A stretch of 54,547 bases of DNA, from NCBI GenBank assembly GCA_943788985.1, contig CALSSJ010000016.1, positions 1 to 54,547 of the forward strand, in the 5' to 3' direction. This document shows, in pieces, positions 37,456 to 50,500 of the stretch. The notes under the pieces are model-generated. The model was not told the origin of the DNA, did not search any database, and saw only the letters and a program-made list of their open reading frames with translations. The position numbers and the translations under genes are program-made. The stretch's first letter is position 1. The number at the start of each line of letters is the position of its first letter. The DNA comes from an uncultured Lentisphaerales bacterium (GTDB lineage Bacteria > Verrucomicrobiota > Lentisphaeria > JABSQK01 > UBA12247).

Positions 37456-38562
37456 TTGCGGTTTCACGCCGCTGATCTCACGTACTGCATGAACGTCCAT
37501 CCGGCCGCCTCAATGGTGGACGTGATGGAAAACGTGGTCAAGTACGCCGTTCCGGTCAAAGAACAAGTCTGCCCCGATGCTCCCTTTGGTCTTGGGCTAT
37601 GGCTGCCCTCCGGTGCAGTCTGCTATTTTGCGGACCACGCGGCTCAGTTCGTAGACCTTCTGTGTGAGCACGACCTCTACGCGTTTACCTTCAACGGCTT
37701 CCCGTATGGGATTTTCCATGGCGCTCGCGTAAAAGAGCAGGTGTATCAGCCAGACTGGGGGAAGCGGGCCCGGGTGGACTACACCGAGGCACTTCTAGTT
37801 GCACTCAGCTCATTGCTGCCCAAGGGGCGCTGCGGGTCCATTAGCACCGTCCCAGTATGCTATGGAAAGACGCTGCCAGCTGAGGCGATCTACAACCTAA
37901 GAGCTGCTGCCGATACGGCCAGACAGATCTCGCGCATTAAGAACAAAAAGATGTTTTTGGCACTTGAACCTGAGCCAGACTGCTATCTTGAGAATACCGA
38001 CGACGTACTGCGTTTCTTTGAGCTTCTGCGTCGCGAGGAGCCAGGGATTACTGATGTGCTCGGGGTCTGTCTGGACACATGCCACTTTGCCCTGCAGCGC
38101 GAGTGCCCACGCGAAGCGTATCGGCGCATTCGCGCGGCGGGTATTCCGATCCCGAAAGTTCAGCTTTCGACTGCGCTGACATACCGGAGTCAGGAAGGGC
38201 AGGACGGCAGTGAGACCAGGGCTGCGCTGGCACCGTTCGCCGATGATGTGTACTTGCATCAGACTCGCGTAGTGGGCGACGGCAATGTGCAGCGCTTTAG
38301 CGACCTGCCGCAGGCACTGCAAAGCTGCCCAGAAGGGGAGTGGTTGATTCACTTTCACGTGCCGTTGCACTTCAGCGGGAACGGAGCGGTCGGAAGTACG
38401 CAGGGTGATTTAACCGCTGAATTCCTGAGGGAACTGGCCGACGAGCCAGGTTTGCATCTCGAAATAGAGACCTACACGTTTCTCGTGTTGCCAAATGCGA
38501 GTCAGCCAGTCCGGGAGTCGATTGCTGATGAGTATCGGTTCGTCCTGAGCGGCGTTGGCTAG
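37456..38562 (+). CDS. eboE: EboE-like xylose-isomerase/TIM-barrel protein
   Basis: LTYCMNVHP, FGLGLWL, FTFNGFPYGIFH..VKEQVYQPDW, GSISTVP, LEPEPDC, IPKVQLS, YLHQ, IHFHVP, HLEIETYT. Confidence 0.88.
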   Translation: MRFHAADLTYCMNVHPAASMVDVMENVVKYAVPVKEQVCPDAPFGLGLWLPSGAVCYFADHAAQFVDLLCEHDLYAFTFNGFPYGIFHGARVKEQVYQPDWGKRARVDYTEALLVALSSLLPKGRCGSISTVPVCYGKTLPAEAIYNLRAAADTARQISRIKNKKMFLALEPEPDCYLENTDDVLRFFELLRREEPGITDVLGVCLDTCHFALQRECPREAYRRIRAAGIPIPKVQLSTALTYRSQEGQDGSETRAALAPFADDVYLHQTRVVGDGNVQRFSDLPQALQSCPEGEWLIHFHVPLHFSGNGAVGSTQGDLTAEFLRELADEPGLHLEIETYTFLVLPNASQPVRESIADEYRFVLSGVG

Positions 38563-38577
38563 CACACACAGCGATTG

Positions 38578-39378
38578 CTACAACTGGCTGCCGTGGTAGC
38601 TCAGGATAATCCGAAAGCCAATCTCGTCGGACTTGTAGCTGGGGCGGTTCTTGGCGCGGAACTTGGATTCGAGGGCCAGCCGATCGCTACTGCGCCATGA
38701 TCCCCCTAGGAGCAGGCGACGGTTATGGCGGGACGTGTACCAGTCGTCGACCCACTCGAAAGCGTTGCCACTCATCCCATAGAATCCTTTGAGATTCTGT
38801 CCGCTGTCCATCACGGCGCAGGATACGGGAAATCCGTCATCGTAGTCCCCGAGGTTTGATTTTCCCGAGAGCCGTGCCGAAGCATCACCGAAATTACCTT
38901 GCGGAGGAGGCCAACCATCGCCCCAAGGGTAAAGCGCTCGATTCTGATCGGGGTCAATGGCGCAGAAACGCCACTGCTTGGCATTTGGTAGCTTGTAGCC
39001 CCAACCCCGAGGCAGGCGATCAGCGAGTTCTTCGCGTATATTGAGCCAGGTCAGGAACTCTTCGGCGGCTTCATAGCTGACTTGAACAGCCGGTTGATCA
39101 GCGTCCATGAGGCTTTTGCCCTGGAAGCGTCTGACAAAATGGCTGACGCGGAACTCGCGAAATTGGTCGTTGGTTACCTCGGTCTGGGCCACCCAGCACT
39201 GCAATTCCTCTATCCAGAGCAGGGTAAGGTTTAGGCCAGCTATCTCATAGCTCTCACCATATCTCGGCCCATCATCAACGCGGTCAAGTGGTGGGAGGTT
39301 TTTAGTGCAGCCAAGGCAGAGCACGGCGACGCAGGCTGCAATGAGGGAGGTGCTACACAACACCTTAATACGCGTCAT
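38578..39378 (-). CDS. Lipoprotein with FGE-sulfatase (SUMF1/CLec-like) domain
   Basis: Lipobox CLGC; TEVTNDQF, QPAVQVSY, YKLP, YPWG, GFYGMSGNAFEWVDD, GGSW, IGFRII; start ATG 39378. Confidence 0.88.
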   Translation of the reverse strand: MTRIKVLCSTSLIAACVAVLCLGCTKNLPPLDRVDDGPRYGESYEIAGLNLTLLWIEELQCWVAQTEVTNDQFREFRVSHFVRRFQGKSLMDADQPAVQVSYEAAEEFLTWLNIREELADRLPRGWGYKLPNAKQWRFCAIDPDQNRALYPWGDGWPPPQGNFGDASARLSGKSNLGDYDDGFPVSCAVMDSGQNLKGFYGMSGNAFEWVDDWYTSRHNRRLLLGGSWRSSDRLALESKFRAKNRPSYKSDEIGFRIILSYHGSQL

Positions 39379-40003
39379 TTTCCGTTTGAATGTAGCTTTG
39401 CATATCAACAGAAATGTCACCCTCAAGATACCATCGGGGACCAAGAAACCCTTCCACGCGGCCGTCTTGGTAGGCGATGTTGCCATAGAATGTCTCACTG
39501 TTCCGGGTGACGTGGTTTTCAAGGCGGTCACTCATGATCGAGGAATCAGGGAGCACGGCATTTTCCACGAAGATGGGAATAGCATCGACCCAATCGCCGA
39601 GATACAAAAAGGAGGGGTCGACGATGTGATCATCTGTATCGAGCCTGGTGTCAAATTGCTTGGTACTTGGGCACTTGAACACTCTACCCGAGGTGAGGTA
39701 GCCTTCTTCGATGAGGCGATCGAGGGCAAACTTAGGTTCAGCGGTGGCGTTGGACACAGCCGTGTGTTGGTTCGGGAACCAGCCCGCATGATCAATGCCA
39801 TAGCTACGGATGCTCAAGCCCAACTGTTTTAGGCTTCCTATGCAGACACCCTGTCGAGCCCTCTCTCTGGCGTGCGAAAGCGAAGGCAAAAGCATGGCAA
39901 AAAGCACGCCGATGACCATGACTACGGCCATCAATTCGATAATTGTAAAGGTTTTCGACTTTTGGCTATTGGCGTGGATCACAAATGAAATCTCATCGGG
40001 CAA
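39365..40003 (-). CDS. Prepilin-type N-terminal cleavage/methylation domain protein (PVC DUF1559-like)
   Basis: FTIIELMAVVMVIGVLFAMLLPSLSHARERAR..C...LKQLG, FKCPS, C-terminal H...GNIAYQDG; start may be GTG 39982. Confidence 0.88.
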   Translation of the reverse strand: MPDEISFVIHANSQKSKTFTIIELMAVVMVIGVLFAMLLPSLSHARERARQGVCIGSLKQLGLSIRSYGIDHAGWFPNQHTAVSNATAEPKFALDRLIEEGYLTSGRVFKCPSTKQFDTRLDTDDHIVDPSFLYLGDWVDAIPIFVENAVLPDSSIMSDRLENHVTRNSETFYGNIAYQDGRVEGFLGPRWYLEGDISVDMQSYIQTENDAY

Positions 40004-40082
40004 AAATAGAATTCAGCTGTATAAAGTAATTCCCTCAGCCTTGGCTTCAAGCCCAGAAATGCGAACCCTCAACGTGATAAAG

Positions 40083-40961
40083 ATGACTCAGAAACCAACT
40101 TTGATAGTTTTAGCAGCCGGAATGGGCTCGCGCTTTGGTGGGCTAAAACAGCTCGCGCCGGTTGGCCCCAACGGGGAGCTGATCATCGACTATACGATTT
40201 TTGATGCGGCACGGGCAGGATTTGGGCACGTGGTCTTTGTGATCAGACGGGAGCTTGAGCAGGAATTTCGCGCGGTGATTGGGGCACGTTTCGACGGGCA
40301 TATCAATGTGGCTTATGCGTTTCAGGATCTATCAGATTTGCCAAGTGGATTCGAGGTCCCAGCTGGCCGTACCAAGCCGTGGGGAACTGGGCATGCGTTG
40401 CGCGCCGCTCGGCACAATGTCGACGGACCGTGCTGTGTGGTCAACGCGGATGATTTTTATGGCGCAAGGGCTTATGAGCTGATGGGCAAGCACCTGGCGA
40501 CGTCGGATCCTAGCTACGCGCTGGTTGGCTATTCGGTGGGCCATACGCTTTCCGACGCAGGCTCGGTTTCGCGGGGCGTCTGTCGCTGCGAAGATGGCGT
40601 TTTGCAGGCCATTGAGGAGGTCCACGGCATTCAGCGCTCGGGAGCGGAGGTTCGTAATGAAGCCGGCGAGTTGCTGGGCGATGCACAGATCGTTTCGATG
40701 AACTTCTGGGGTTTCCCGAGCTCGGTGTTTACGGAGCTGGAGGCTGGCTTTATCTCGTTTTTGAACGCCGGCGGCGAGGGAGAGTACTACCTGCCCACGA
40801 TCGTGGAAAACGGAATGGCCGCTGGTCGGACGGTTCACTTGCTGGGAGTCTGCGATACCTGGACCGGGGTGACCTACGCCTCCGATCAGCCTGCGGTCGC
40901 TCGCTTGTTGCTCGACTTGCACGCAAGCGGGGACTATCCCCCATCGCTGCTGCCTGAGTAG
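40083..40961 (+). CDS. Sugar-phosphate nucleotidyltransferase family protein
   Basis: LIVLAAGMGSRFGGLKQ, RTKPWGTGHA, NADDFYG, VSRGVC, SMNFWGF, EYYLP, WTGVTY; start ATG 40083. Confidence 0.88.
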   Translation: MTQKPTLIVLAAGMGSRFGGLKQLAPVGPNGELIIDYTIFDAARAGFGHVVFVIRRELEQEFRAVIGARFDGHINVAYAFQDLSDLPSGFEVPAGRTKPWGTGHALRAARHNVDGPCCVVNADDFYGARAYELMGKHLATSDPSYALVGYSVGHTLSDAGSVSRGVCRCEDGVLQAIEEVHGIQRSGAEVRNEAGELLGDAQIVSMNFWGFPSSVFTELEAGFISFLNAGGEGEYYLPTIVENGMAAGRTVHLLGVCDTWTGVTYASDQPAVARLLLDLHASGDYPPSLLPE

Positions 40962-41239
40962 GCCCCAAAGACCAGTTCTCCGGCGTCGTTTCGGCCGATG
41001 CCGCAGAAATGTGCGCATCCGGCACTTGAGGAGCGCCGAAACGACGGCAACCGGCCCATTTGGGTAGGACTGCTATGAGAGCCCGAATGGGCAGCGCCAG
41101 CGGCGGTTCCGGCATCGCCTGAGAGGTCGCCGGGACAATGTGCTTAGGACGTGTAAGAAGTTCCGGAAAAGGTGCGTAGTAGCCAGCTAAAGTATAGCAT
41201 AGCCTAGAGCCGTTTTTAGCTAGAGCACACTCGCGGGCG

Positions 41240-41248
41240 TGGTATACT
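41240..41248 (+). promoter_or_regulatory. Extended -10 promoter element upstream of the giant gene
   Basis: TG-G-TATACT, ~285 nt before ATG 41532. Confidence 0.4.
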
Positions 41249-41531
41249 ACCGTCTTAATTTACCAGCTTTGTAGGGAAACTATCCGCATGACAGATTGCT
41301 TTTCTGATCAGTTTCAGGCAGTAATTGCCGGTTTCCGGCCACGCGTCGAGCGCCATTTAGGCAGCCCGGCGCGTTATTGTCTTAGCGCGTACGTGCGCGG
41401 GATGTTTTCGTTTCAGTTTTTGTCTCAAGCACTCCAGGAGTACCAGCGTGCATACGCTACCCCCGCGTCAAGCGCCCAATGCGCCGCCCTCATCGGGCCC
41501 AATTTTTCCCACACGAACCACGAGGTCAGTT

Positions 41532-44500
41532 ATGAATAATTTACGTTCCGGGTCATCCCGGCCGACATGGCATCTTGCTATGCTCGGTTTCGCGTTAGCG
41601 GTGCTGGCGATGCCAGGCTTGAGTGCTGTGGTCAGTGCCACGTACTTTGATTCCAACAACAACGGCCAGGTTGACACGGTTGACGTTGAGATGGACAATA
41701 CCGTTGCTGGCAGTTCCTTTGAGGCTTCGGACTGGACCTTCAGCATTACCGATGTTGCGGCAACGGCAGGAGTGGCGCAGACACCGGCCGTAAACGTGTT
41801 CCGACTTACGCTGACGGGCATGCCGGCCAATGACACCGCACCTACCCTGACCGTGAGTTACACGAATGGAGGGGGCGGAGCCGACGACCTACAGGTAGGG
41901 GGAGGCGCTCACGCCAACTTTACCATTGCCGCGGACGATGGTGCCGAGCCGATCATGGTGAGTGCAACAGCAGTTGACACTGGTCTCTTGACGGATCCGG
42001 ATTCGATCGAGATTGAGTTCTCCGAAGATGTAACCGTCCCGGCACTTCAATTAGACGCCTATAACGTCGGGGCATCAACGATCACCGGAATTACCCAACT
42101 GACTGCGAATACCATCGAAATTCAGCTGGATGCTCAGATCACGGCAAGTGTGAGCACCATCCGCTATGATGCTGCGAATGGTGACTCGTTTGACGGTGTT
42201 GGCATCGAGCAACCCGACAACGACGCCGTGACTCTGGTTCTGCCACCTACTGCAAATCGAATTACCACAGCAGACGGAGACAGCAATGGTTTCATTGATC
42301 AGATCATCATTGAGTTCAACTCAACTGTTACGGCCGAGAACTTTACAGGTGCCTACTCCGTTGCAGGCTACGTGATCGACAATGGTGCGGTTGAGGATAC
42401 CAGAGTTCTGTTGAACTTGGAGGAACGTAACATTGTGGATACATGGGCAACCCCACAGGTAACCTACACGGCTGCAGGTGATACACGACGAGAGTTCGAG
42501 GTAGGCGGGGAAACGGTCACGGCTCGGGTTCAACCTTTCTCTGAAACAGCAACCGATGCTGCGCCGCCAGTGCTGATCAATGCTTCAACGCGTGATATAG
42601 ACTTCAATGGTCACATTGACACCATCCTAGTGCGCTACTCCGAGCTGGTCACGGAAGCTGGGCGCGCCCTACACCGTTGCAGGGTATCGAGACCGCGGCC
42701 TGGACCTGAACGTGCGCTACATCGAACGCGGCACCGACTCTGTCTACACCGTGGGGGAGGACGACCTCTGGATTGATGTCGATGACTCCGAAACGTACTC
42801 TGTACCGGGGACGTCACCATCGACGATCTGGGCGCTGCTGCAATTGGCGACGCTGGGCACCAGCCGCTAGACTGGTTCGCGACCATTCAACTTGTGGAGG
42901 CACAGAGAACCCCGACACGGGCGCGACCGCCGCAGCTGACCTACGTTCGAGCTGACGGTGGGGTCCGGGACGCCGCCGGAAACGAGGCCGTTGACGGCTC
43001 CAGCCGACACGCCGATTGATCGTGCCCAGCCCGTCATGTATGCGTTGGAGACGCGCGACGCTGACGGTAATGGTGCCCTTGACGGCATCTATATTGAGTT
43101 CAGTGAGACCGTCGAACATTCAGGACACCGGGAATAGCCCGGGTATTCCCGGCATTACGGTTGTGGACCAGATCAACGGTGATCACCTACGATCCGACGC
43201 CACGCCAGCTACGACGGCAACGCTCCCTCCATTGTCCTGGCGCTGAGACGAGGTGTTCACTGCCGATACCAATGTGTACTACGACACCGGCATTGTCCCG
43301 ACCATTACCTATGACGGCAACGGGAACATCCGGGACGTAACCAACGATGCTGCGACCGGCTCGAACTATCCTGCGCGCCGCAGATCGTCGACGATACCAC
43401 GATCATGACTGACGCCGGTCCTGGATGGCACCTTGGGAACGGCTGACGACGACCTTTCGGGCTCTGACGGGCGAGGACTGACCGCTACGACGACCGGGCA
43501 TTTCCGGCTGCAATCGTCAGTACCTATCATCACCGTACGCGAACGGCCCCTTCGGTGCCTTGGTCTCCGACGAGGTCATCGGTATCCTTGGCGCCGACGC
43601 TGACGATACGGTCACCATCCAGTTTTCCGAGTCGATGACGCACGAACGCCCTGCGCTCACAGCCGGGGAGCCATTCACGACTCGATTGCCGTTTGCCGGT
43701 CAGAATGGCGCGCGCAGACCGCAGCCAATGGGCTTGGCGACCTGGATACGCCCATCTGGGATCGAGTGGCAGCAGACCTTTAATAACGCAGACGACACGA
43801 TCATCATCTACCTGGACGGGCCCCAGCCCGGGGCTGGCCGAACACTACGCCGTCGGACCTTGAGCGTTGGTGCACTACGATCAATACGCCGGACCTCGTT
43901 CGATTTACCGACGCCGCTGGCAATGACGTCCCGAGCAATCACGGCCATCGGCGACCTCAACCCGGTGTACTGGCCGTCCGGTTCGCTGGCTGGAAACACC
44001 GAGCCCTGGATCACGCCGACGATCATTGACGAGCAACACTTCCTGCTGCCGCATTCGGCCGAAACCCGCCTGATCCAGATCGTGATCGCCAACAACTCGC
44101 CGAACCACTCTCCCGGAGCTGCATCCCAAATTTGATCAGTCGTTCAACTTCAACCAGCTGCATGTCAACTACCCGTTTGATGACCCGCTGACACCCCCGG
44201 TGGATCCCTTTCCAGCTGCTGAGTACATTGCCCCGTTGTCCAGCACCCACACCTCCGGTTTCCAGATTGACGTTGAGTTTCGCGGCTGGCATCAATCCCA
44301 CACGTTGCATGCCATTGGATCTTCAGGGCTTCAACACCTTCAAGTATCCATGAGGCGATTTCAACTCTCCCTACGGTGGATACGTTCTATCATCCTCTGC
44401 GGTTCCACGACGCAACCATCGACCCGGCTGGTCCCACCCAGACCGGTACGTTCTTCGTCGAGTTGCGGACCCATAACACCGTCGTGCATGGGGTAAACTT

Positions 44501-47500
44501 CGATACCTGGATCCAGGAAGGATCGGTGGGGCGGCGGCTGCCAAGCTTCTGTTTCGAGTTTCCCTCTGACGCCAGCCATTCCACCTGGGTGCACAACGTC
44601 TATCAGCGTGGCGACCACATTCTGGCGGGTGCCGAGCCGGCAGACAGCTTGCACCGCAGCACTCCCTCGCTTGTCTGGCAGCATTTGGCCGCAACTGGGA
44701 ATCCCTGGACGGACGTGCACGTTCACTCGGCAGGTGCGCGGTCTGGAATCCGCTGACCGACAGTATCGTGCACGAGACAGCGACTGCGGCTACGAAGTGC
44801 TGGCTGGTAGCGACCTTGGCTTGGCGCTGGCTGACATGAATGGCACACTGCCTCCTAACCTTAATGTTATAGCGGTCGGCACCGAATGGGATCCAGACAC
44901 CGACACGATTGCGATCGACGCGATGACTTCGGTACCCGCCAGACAGCCTACCCAGCGTACCTGCCCGGGACTGGGGACGGCTCCAACCTGATCACCGTTG
45001 TAAATCAGTTGAGCGATATCAGCACCGGTAGCCTGCTGTTGCCGAACAGCAACAACTTTGGCGTAATCGGCTTGAATGCGGCATCGACGCAGGGCGACAC
45101 GCTGGAGCGCGTGGTCGTCACCTTTCGTGCGGCTCGGCATGTCTGGCAGGATGACCCGGCTGGTCAAGTGGGTGTATTCGAGCCTGGCATTGATGAGCTG
45201 TTCACCGCCACGGGGGTGCAGTTGACCGAAGGTGCCACGCCTGGCACTGGCGTGTTCTTGTGGGCCTCCGAAACCCACCAGCCTGACGAACAGGCAGGGC
45301 ATTTGGTGGCCGAACCCTATCGGCCTGGGATTGATGAGGCTTGGTATGATAACGACGGCGACGGCCGCTATACACCGGGCTCTGATGCCCTCATTTCGCA
45401 AGGCTCAACGCCAGGCATCCAGTGGGCGAGCCGCGCTCCAGAGCCCTTGGGTGGAATCAGCAGCTGGGCCAGCGAAGGTAACATCTCCGTGGAGGCCGAC
45501 TTTGAAGGGGCCAATGTTCCTGTAACACGTCTTGCCTATATCGACAGCAACGGCAGTGGCAAGTTTGAGGTTGTTGGTGACCATATGTTTGTGGACCAGG
45601 GCACCTTGGGAGTATTCGACCCCGCCGACATCCAGACGGCCCATGGAGTTGGTGCAGCACCAGCACTGGGTGACGACTTGACCGTGATCGACTACAGCGT
45701 TCGCTATGCGTTCTATGATGAAAACGACAATGGCCTCTATGACGAAGGCATCGATGAGTTGTACTACGACATCAGCGGCTATGGGATCTTCAACCGGCCC
45801 AATGGCGCCGATGATGACGGCGATGGCCTGATCGATGAAGCAGACGAGAATGACGTTGTCATTTCCCGTGGTGCCAACCAGACCCTCGATGCCGCTGATG
45901 GTGCTGTGGTGACCAACATCTTCTACACCTTGAGCACCTCAGATTTTCGTCCCCTGCAGATTGGCGGAGATGAAGAGTATTTTCGCAGCGGCGTTGCCCT
46001 GTTTCGTGACGACGATACCACGATCTTGGACAATTCCGGCCTGTTTAACGATCCGGAAGGCGGCGGCGCTGACAATCGCATGACTCTGGGCACGATGGAC
46101 TGGATCGATGGCTATGCTGCTGATGATGGCATTCTGCGCGTGGAGCTGATTCCCCAGATTGACCCGTTGATTCCTGCAGTACAGCGTCCTTGGGACGACC
46201 TGCCGGTGGACGATGCCGGGGGCAATGCTGGTAACGACTGGTTTGTGGCGATCAAGACCAGCAACACGATTTCGCAGTGGGATGCCTTCACGGTCAGCGT
46301 GGGGCGCTATTCCGGGATTATGTCCGGTGAGCTATCCGCTGGTAACGAGACTCTGCTGAAGGGCATACATGATCGTGCTGGCCTGAGTAGCCATTCGCGT
46401 ACGTCCGAATGGATCAGCCGGATGATGGTCCCGAATGCGCCGGGCGTGTTGAGCATCAATCCAGAAGACCCGACGTCAGTAGAGCCGAATGGCCGCATTG
46501 CGTTGAACGATGTGGCGCTGGCCCCTCGTTCCAAGGGCGATACGGTTGAGGAAATGTGGGCAGTCGGCAATGAGGGCGGCGTGCGCTACAGCGCCGATGG
46601 CGGCCTGACCTGGGTTGAAGCCCACGATGGTGGCGGGTTTCCGGTATCGTCGGTTGCTGGCACAGAGGCACCTCGTGATCTGCTGGCCGTTGACGTCGCA
46701 CCAGGACGTCCGCATACAGCCTGGGTCGCGGGTACGGACGGGTATTTCGGCAATGTGATTACCGATGGCACTGGCGCGTTTTTCGGTGAAGTTGACCAAT
46801 CTCTGGCAGTGGCTGCGCTCTGGGGGGGAGACCCCGTACCATCCTTGAACGCCATCCAGACAATCAACAGCAACAACGTCATTGCCGTGGGTGATGATGG
46901 GGCGATTGTGCATTTCTGGGATCCTGCGTTCCCAACCGGGTACTCCACAGATGGACCGGGCAACCCTGCAGCGCCCGTTGGTTTCAATGTTCAATTCCAT
47001 CGCCAGCACGTCGGCCTTGGCCTCGATTCCGACTTCCGTGACGTTGCCTTTATCAACGATGTCGAAGGCTGGATTGTGGGTACGGTTGGCGCTGATGGTA
47101 AAGCCACCATCCTTCATACTGAGAACGGCGGTCAGTCCTGGCGCCGCGTTGAGGGCGCACCAGCCGTTGATTACAATACGATTTCGGTCACCAATGAAGG
47201 GGATGGGTACATCGGCGGTGCGGCCGGAACGGTGCTGCAGATCAACGCTGGCGGCGAAATCGTTGAGTTCTATGTGTATGATACGGACGGGTTTCCAACC
47301 CCCGGGGACGACATTCTGGCGCTCTATTACGAACCAGGGACAGCCGCTAACGGCTCTGACCTGCCAGGGATTGAGGCGATGCTGGCGGTCAACCGGCAGG
47401 GGGAGATTTTCGATGTAATTCTCGAAAACGTTGTTGGACTGGGGGCAATCGGTCCCAACCCGGCAGAGGCGGCTGGAAGCGCCTTGACGGGGATTGCAGC

Positions 47501-50500
47501 AAGCCCGCACGACATCGTATTTGACAGCCCGTATTCAAGCGCCATTGAAGGAGGTGCGGGCATCATGAACCAGGCTCCCCTGAGTTCTTCCGACGCCACT
47601 ACGCCCACCTTGATGGTGCTGCCGGTTACAGCCCCGGCCGTGACCTCAAGTCGCAGCAGTGCTGCCCAGGAAGACGATACCGGCCAGCCGGGAGTGTCAA
47701 ACGGCCAATTGGACGCGCGTTCGTATCCACCAGAGGTAGACACACCGCACGCAGCATTCGGCATTAATCTCATCGATGGCTATGAATTCGGCAAGCAGTT
47801 CACGGGGACGCGCATTTACATTCGCAGCGAAGACGGAAGCTTCGACCCGAATCGCGACTTGATGTCGATTGCGGCCGATGCCACCTCGGGGATCGCGATC
47901 TACTCGGATCAGGACGAAAACGGGTTCTTCGATGCGCGGGTTGATTCGGTTGTGGCGCTCGGCACGCAGCTGCCCGAGTGGCAGGTCAGCGAATGGTCAT
48001 CCAATGCCCATCCCGATGGCGGTTCTCAACAACAATACGCCGGTTCCGGTTGAGTGGTACATTGACCTGGCCCCACAGGCGGGGCAGCCAATCGAAGATG
48101 CCCACCTGCCTGAGCCGACCGACCGTGTGCATGATCCCAGCGGCCTCCTGTACATCAGCGATGAAGCTTCCGATGAAGCCACCGCCAATGTTCACTGGCG
48201 GCCAGGCGATCCGGTCACCGCGGCAGGATTTCAGGAGGTCACGCTGCCTGAGGCCAATGTTGGTGCTGATTGGTTTGTGGTGATCCGCACCTCTGAGCAG
48301 ATCAATTACCGTGCACGGTGGACCATGGGGATGAAGCATGATCCGGCGTCGAGTGTTGGTGATCCGATCGATATGCAGGGCGACGGGCTGAACATCTCCC
48401 AATGGCGTGGCTACCGTGCGCGTTTGCCGATTCTGTTCGATGACCTGTCAGCTGCTGCAAACAATGAGATTACTGACAACAGTGCGCCGACATCCCTGAT
48501 CGGGGTAAACATCTTCGATGGCAATCCTACCCTGGCATTGCCGCAAGACCAGCAATTTCGGGTGGAGCGTCAGGACGAAACCCTGGAAGCCATCACCGTC
48601 CAGATTTGGAATTCGACCGTCACTGAAGGAGTCACTGCTGGTCAGGTCACGCCAGACGACTTTCTGCCGATCCGCTTCAATGGCATTGACGATGATGGCG
48701 ACGGTGAAATCGACGAGTTGGATGAATTGGGTGTTACCATTTGGCGTGATGCTGACGGCAACGGCGTATTTGATCCGGCCAATGACTTTCCGGTGCCAAT
48801 TAGTGGTGCCGAAGATTGGAATACCGAATGGTATCCATTCTGGACGCGCCTGACCATCGCCAATCTGACCGACAACCGCACGTCGGTGCTCAACACCGTG
48901 CCTTTGTCCGAGGGCGTCGCAGCCACTGGCAGCCTGGCCGGCGAAGTCTTCTATCTCGTGATCTGACCGGTGACGGTGCGTTTCACGGCGGGCTGCAGAA
49001 ACGGCCTGGCACGACATCGACGGCCAATGGGCAATATGACCTTGGCGAACCGCTTGTCGTCTTCAACCAAGCGCAATCCCGCCCGGGAGCGACCGGCACC
49101 CCGATCGCCGGGGCCGTGTTCCGCGACAACGACAATGATGGCGCCTTCACGGCTCTGGTTGACGATGTCTGGCGGAGACAATGGCGACAATGTGTTCTGC
49201 CAACGATGAGCTGACCGATCGCGACCCCCGGCAGCCAGGTCGGGATCGGACGATACCGCCCACTACGATCCCGACCTGCGTTTCGTGGACACCAACACCA
49301 ACGGTACGTGGGACGAACACGAAGACGTGTTCTACGACGCCAACGGCGATGGGCTGTGGAATGACTTCTATCGCTATGCCGCCGCCGCCGACGTCCTGCT
49401 GGCCGGCGTCCGCCCACTGGAAGGTTCGGATGTGCCAGACCAGGCTGACGAGATGCGCGGTGCAGTTCTCCAACCCACTACAACAGGCTGGACTGGCCTG
49501 AGCTATATCGACGCACCAGCCGGTGTTGCAGACTTCGACAATCGCAACGACACAATCTTTGTCGATGCCAACAACGACGGCCAGTTCAATCCGGGCGAAA
49601 CCGTCTTGGCCGGTTCGACACCGGGCTGAGCGTCACACTGCGCACACCGCTGAAGGGGCATCAAGAGCCGCCCAGTGGACCTCCATCTGGGTCGACGATG
49701 CTGTGGCTGGCGGCGACTTCGACCCCGCCGCCGACGCCATCGTCGCAGTCGGCGGCGTGCCGCAGCGCGAAATCCTCATCTATGGTGGCGAGCGCCGCGA
49801 AATCACGCCTGATGCCGTAGTGGTCACGCGCGAAGGCGGCGCCACCGGCCACGAGCCCGCTGGCCAAGGCAATCTGCTGTTCATCAATGAGAATCCAGCC
49901 GTAAACAACCACTGGGATCCAGGCGAGCTGGTATTCTATGACAGTGGTTCTGATCTTACCGGCGAGCCACTCGCTGGCGATCTGCTGGATGAACTGGCCG
50001 CTACTACCCCGGCCGACAACAATCGCTACGACTTGGGCGAGCCGGTTATCAACGGCTACGTGCCGAACAATGATCTCGGCCTGGCCAACGGCAACGACTA
50101 TTTTGTCGTCGTGCGAACCAGCGATGTGTTAAGCAATGGCGACAACTTCCGCGTTCGTGTTGGCTACGATGTGCTGGAAGACCAGCGCGCCAATCAAGAC
50201 CCCATACACCCACCGTTTGATCTGGTGGTTGGTGATGTCGATCCCCATGTCGCTCGCACCGTGCGCCACAGTACGTTGGCCTCGGGTGAAGGCTATCCCG
50301 ACGCGCACACCTACAACATGCTGACCACGGGCATAGTTACGGCCCGCGCGATTACGGACGTTGGTCTTAGCCGTTTAACACAGAATGGGCAACGCATCGA
50401 CGCAACCAGCGGTCCGCTGGGTATTTTTGCGATCTCCTTTAATGAAGGTGACACCGGGCAGACTTTTAACAGTATTACGCTTGAGCTTGATTCACCCTCT

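Noticed and set aside
38578..38720. Diversity-generating retroelement variable region in the FGE/CLec C-terminus
   Set aside because: No template repeat differing at adenines and no reverse transcriptase seen in the window.
40984..41290. Hammerhead ribozyme (TTGAGGA..GAAAC) or TPP riboswitch (CTGAGA..ACCAGC..GTAGGGAA)
   Set aside because: Hammerhead stems I and II cannot form; the TPP CCTGAT element and correct spacing are missing.
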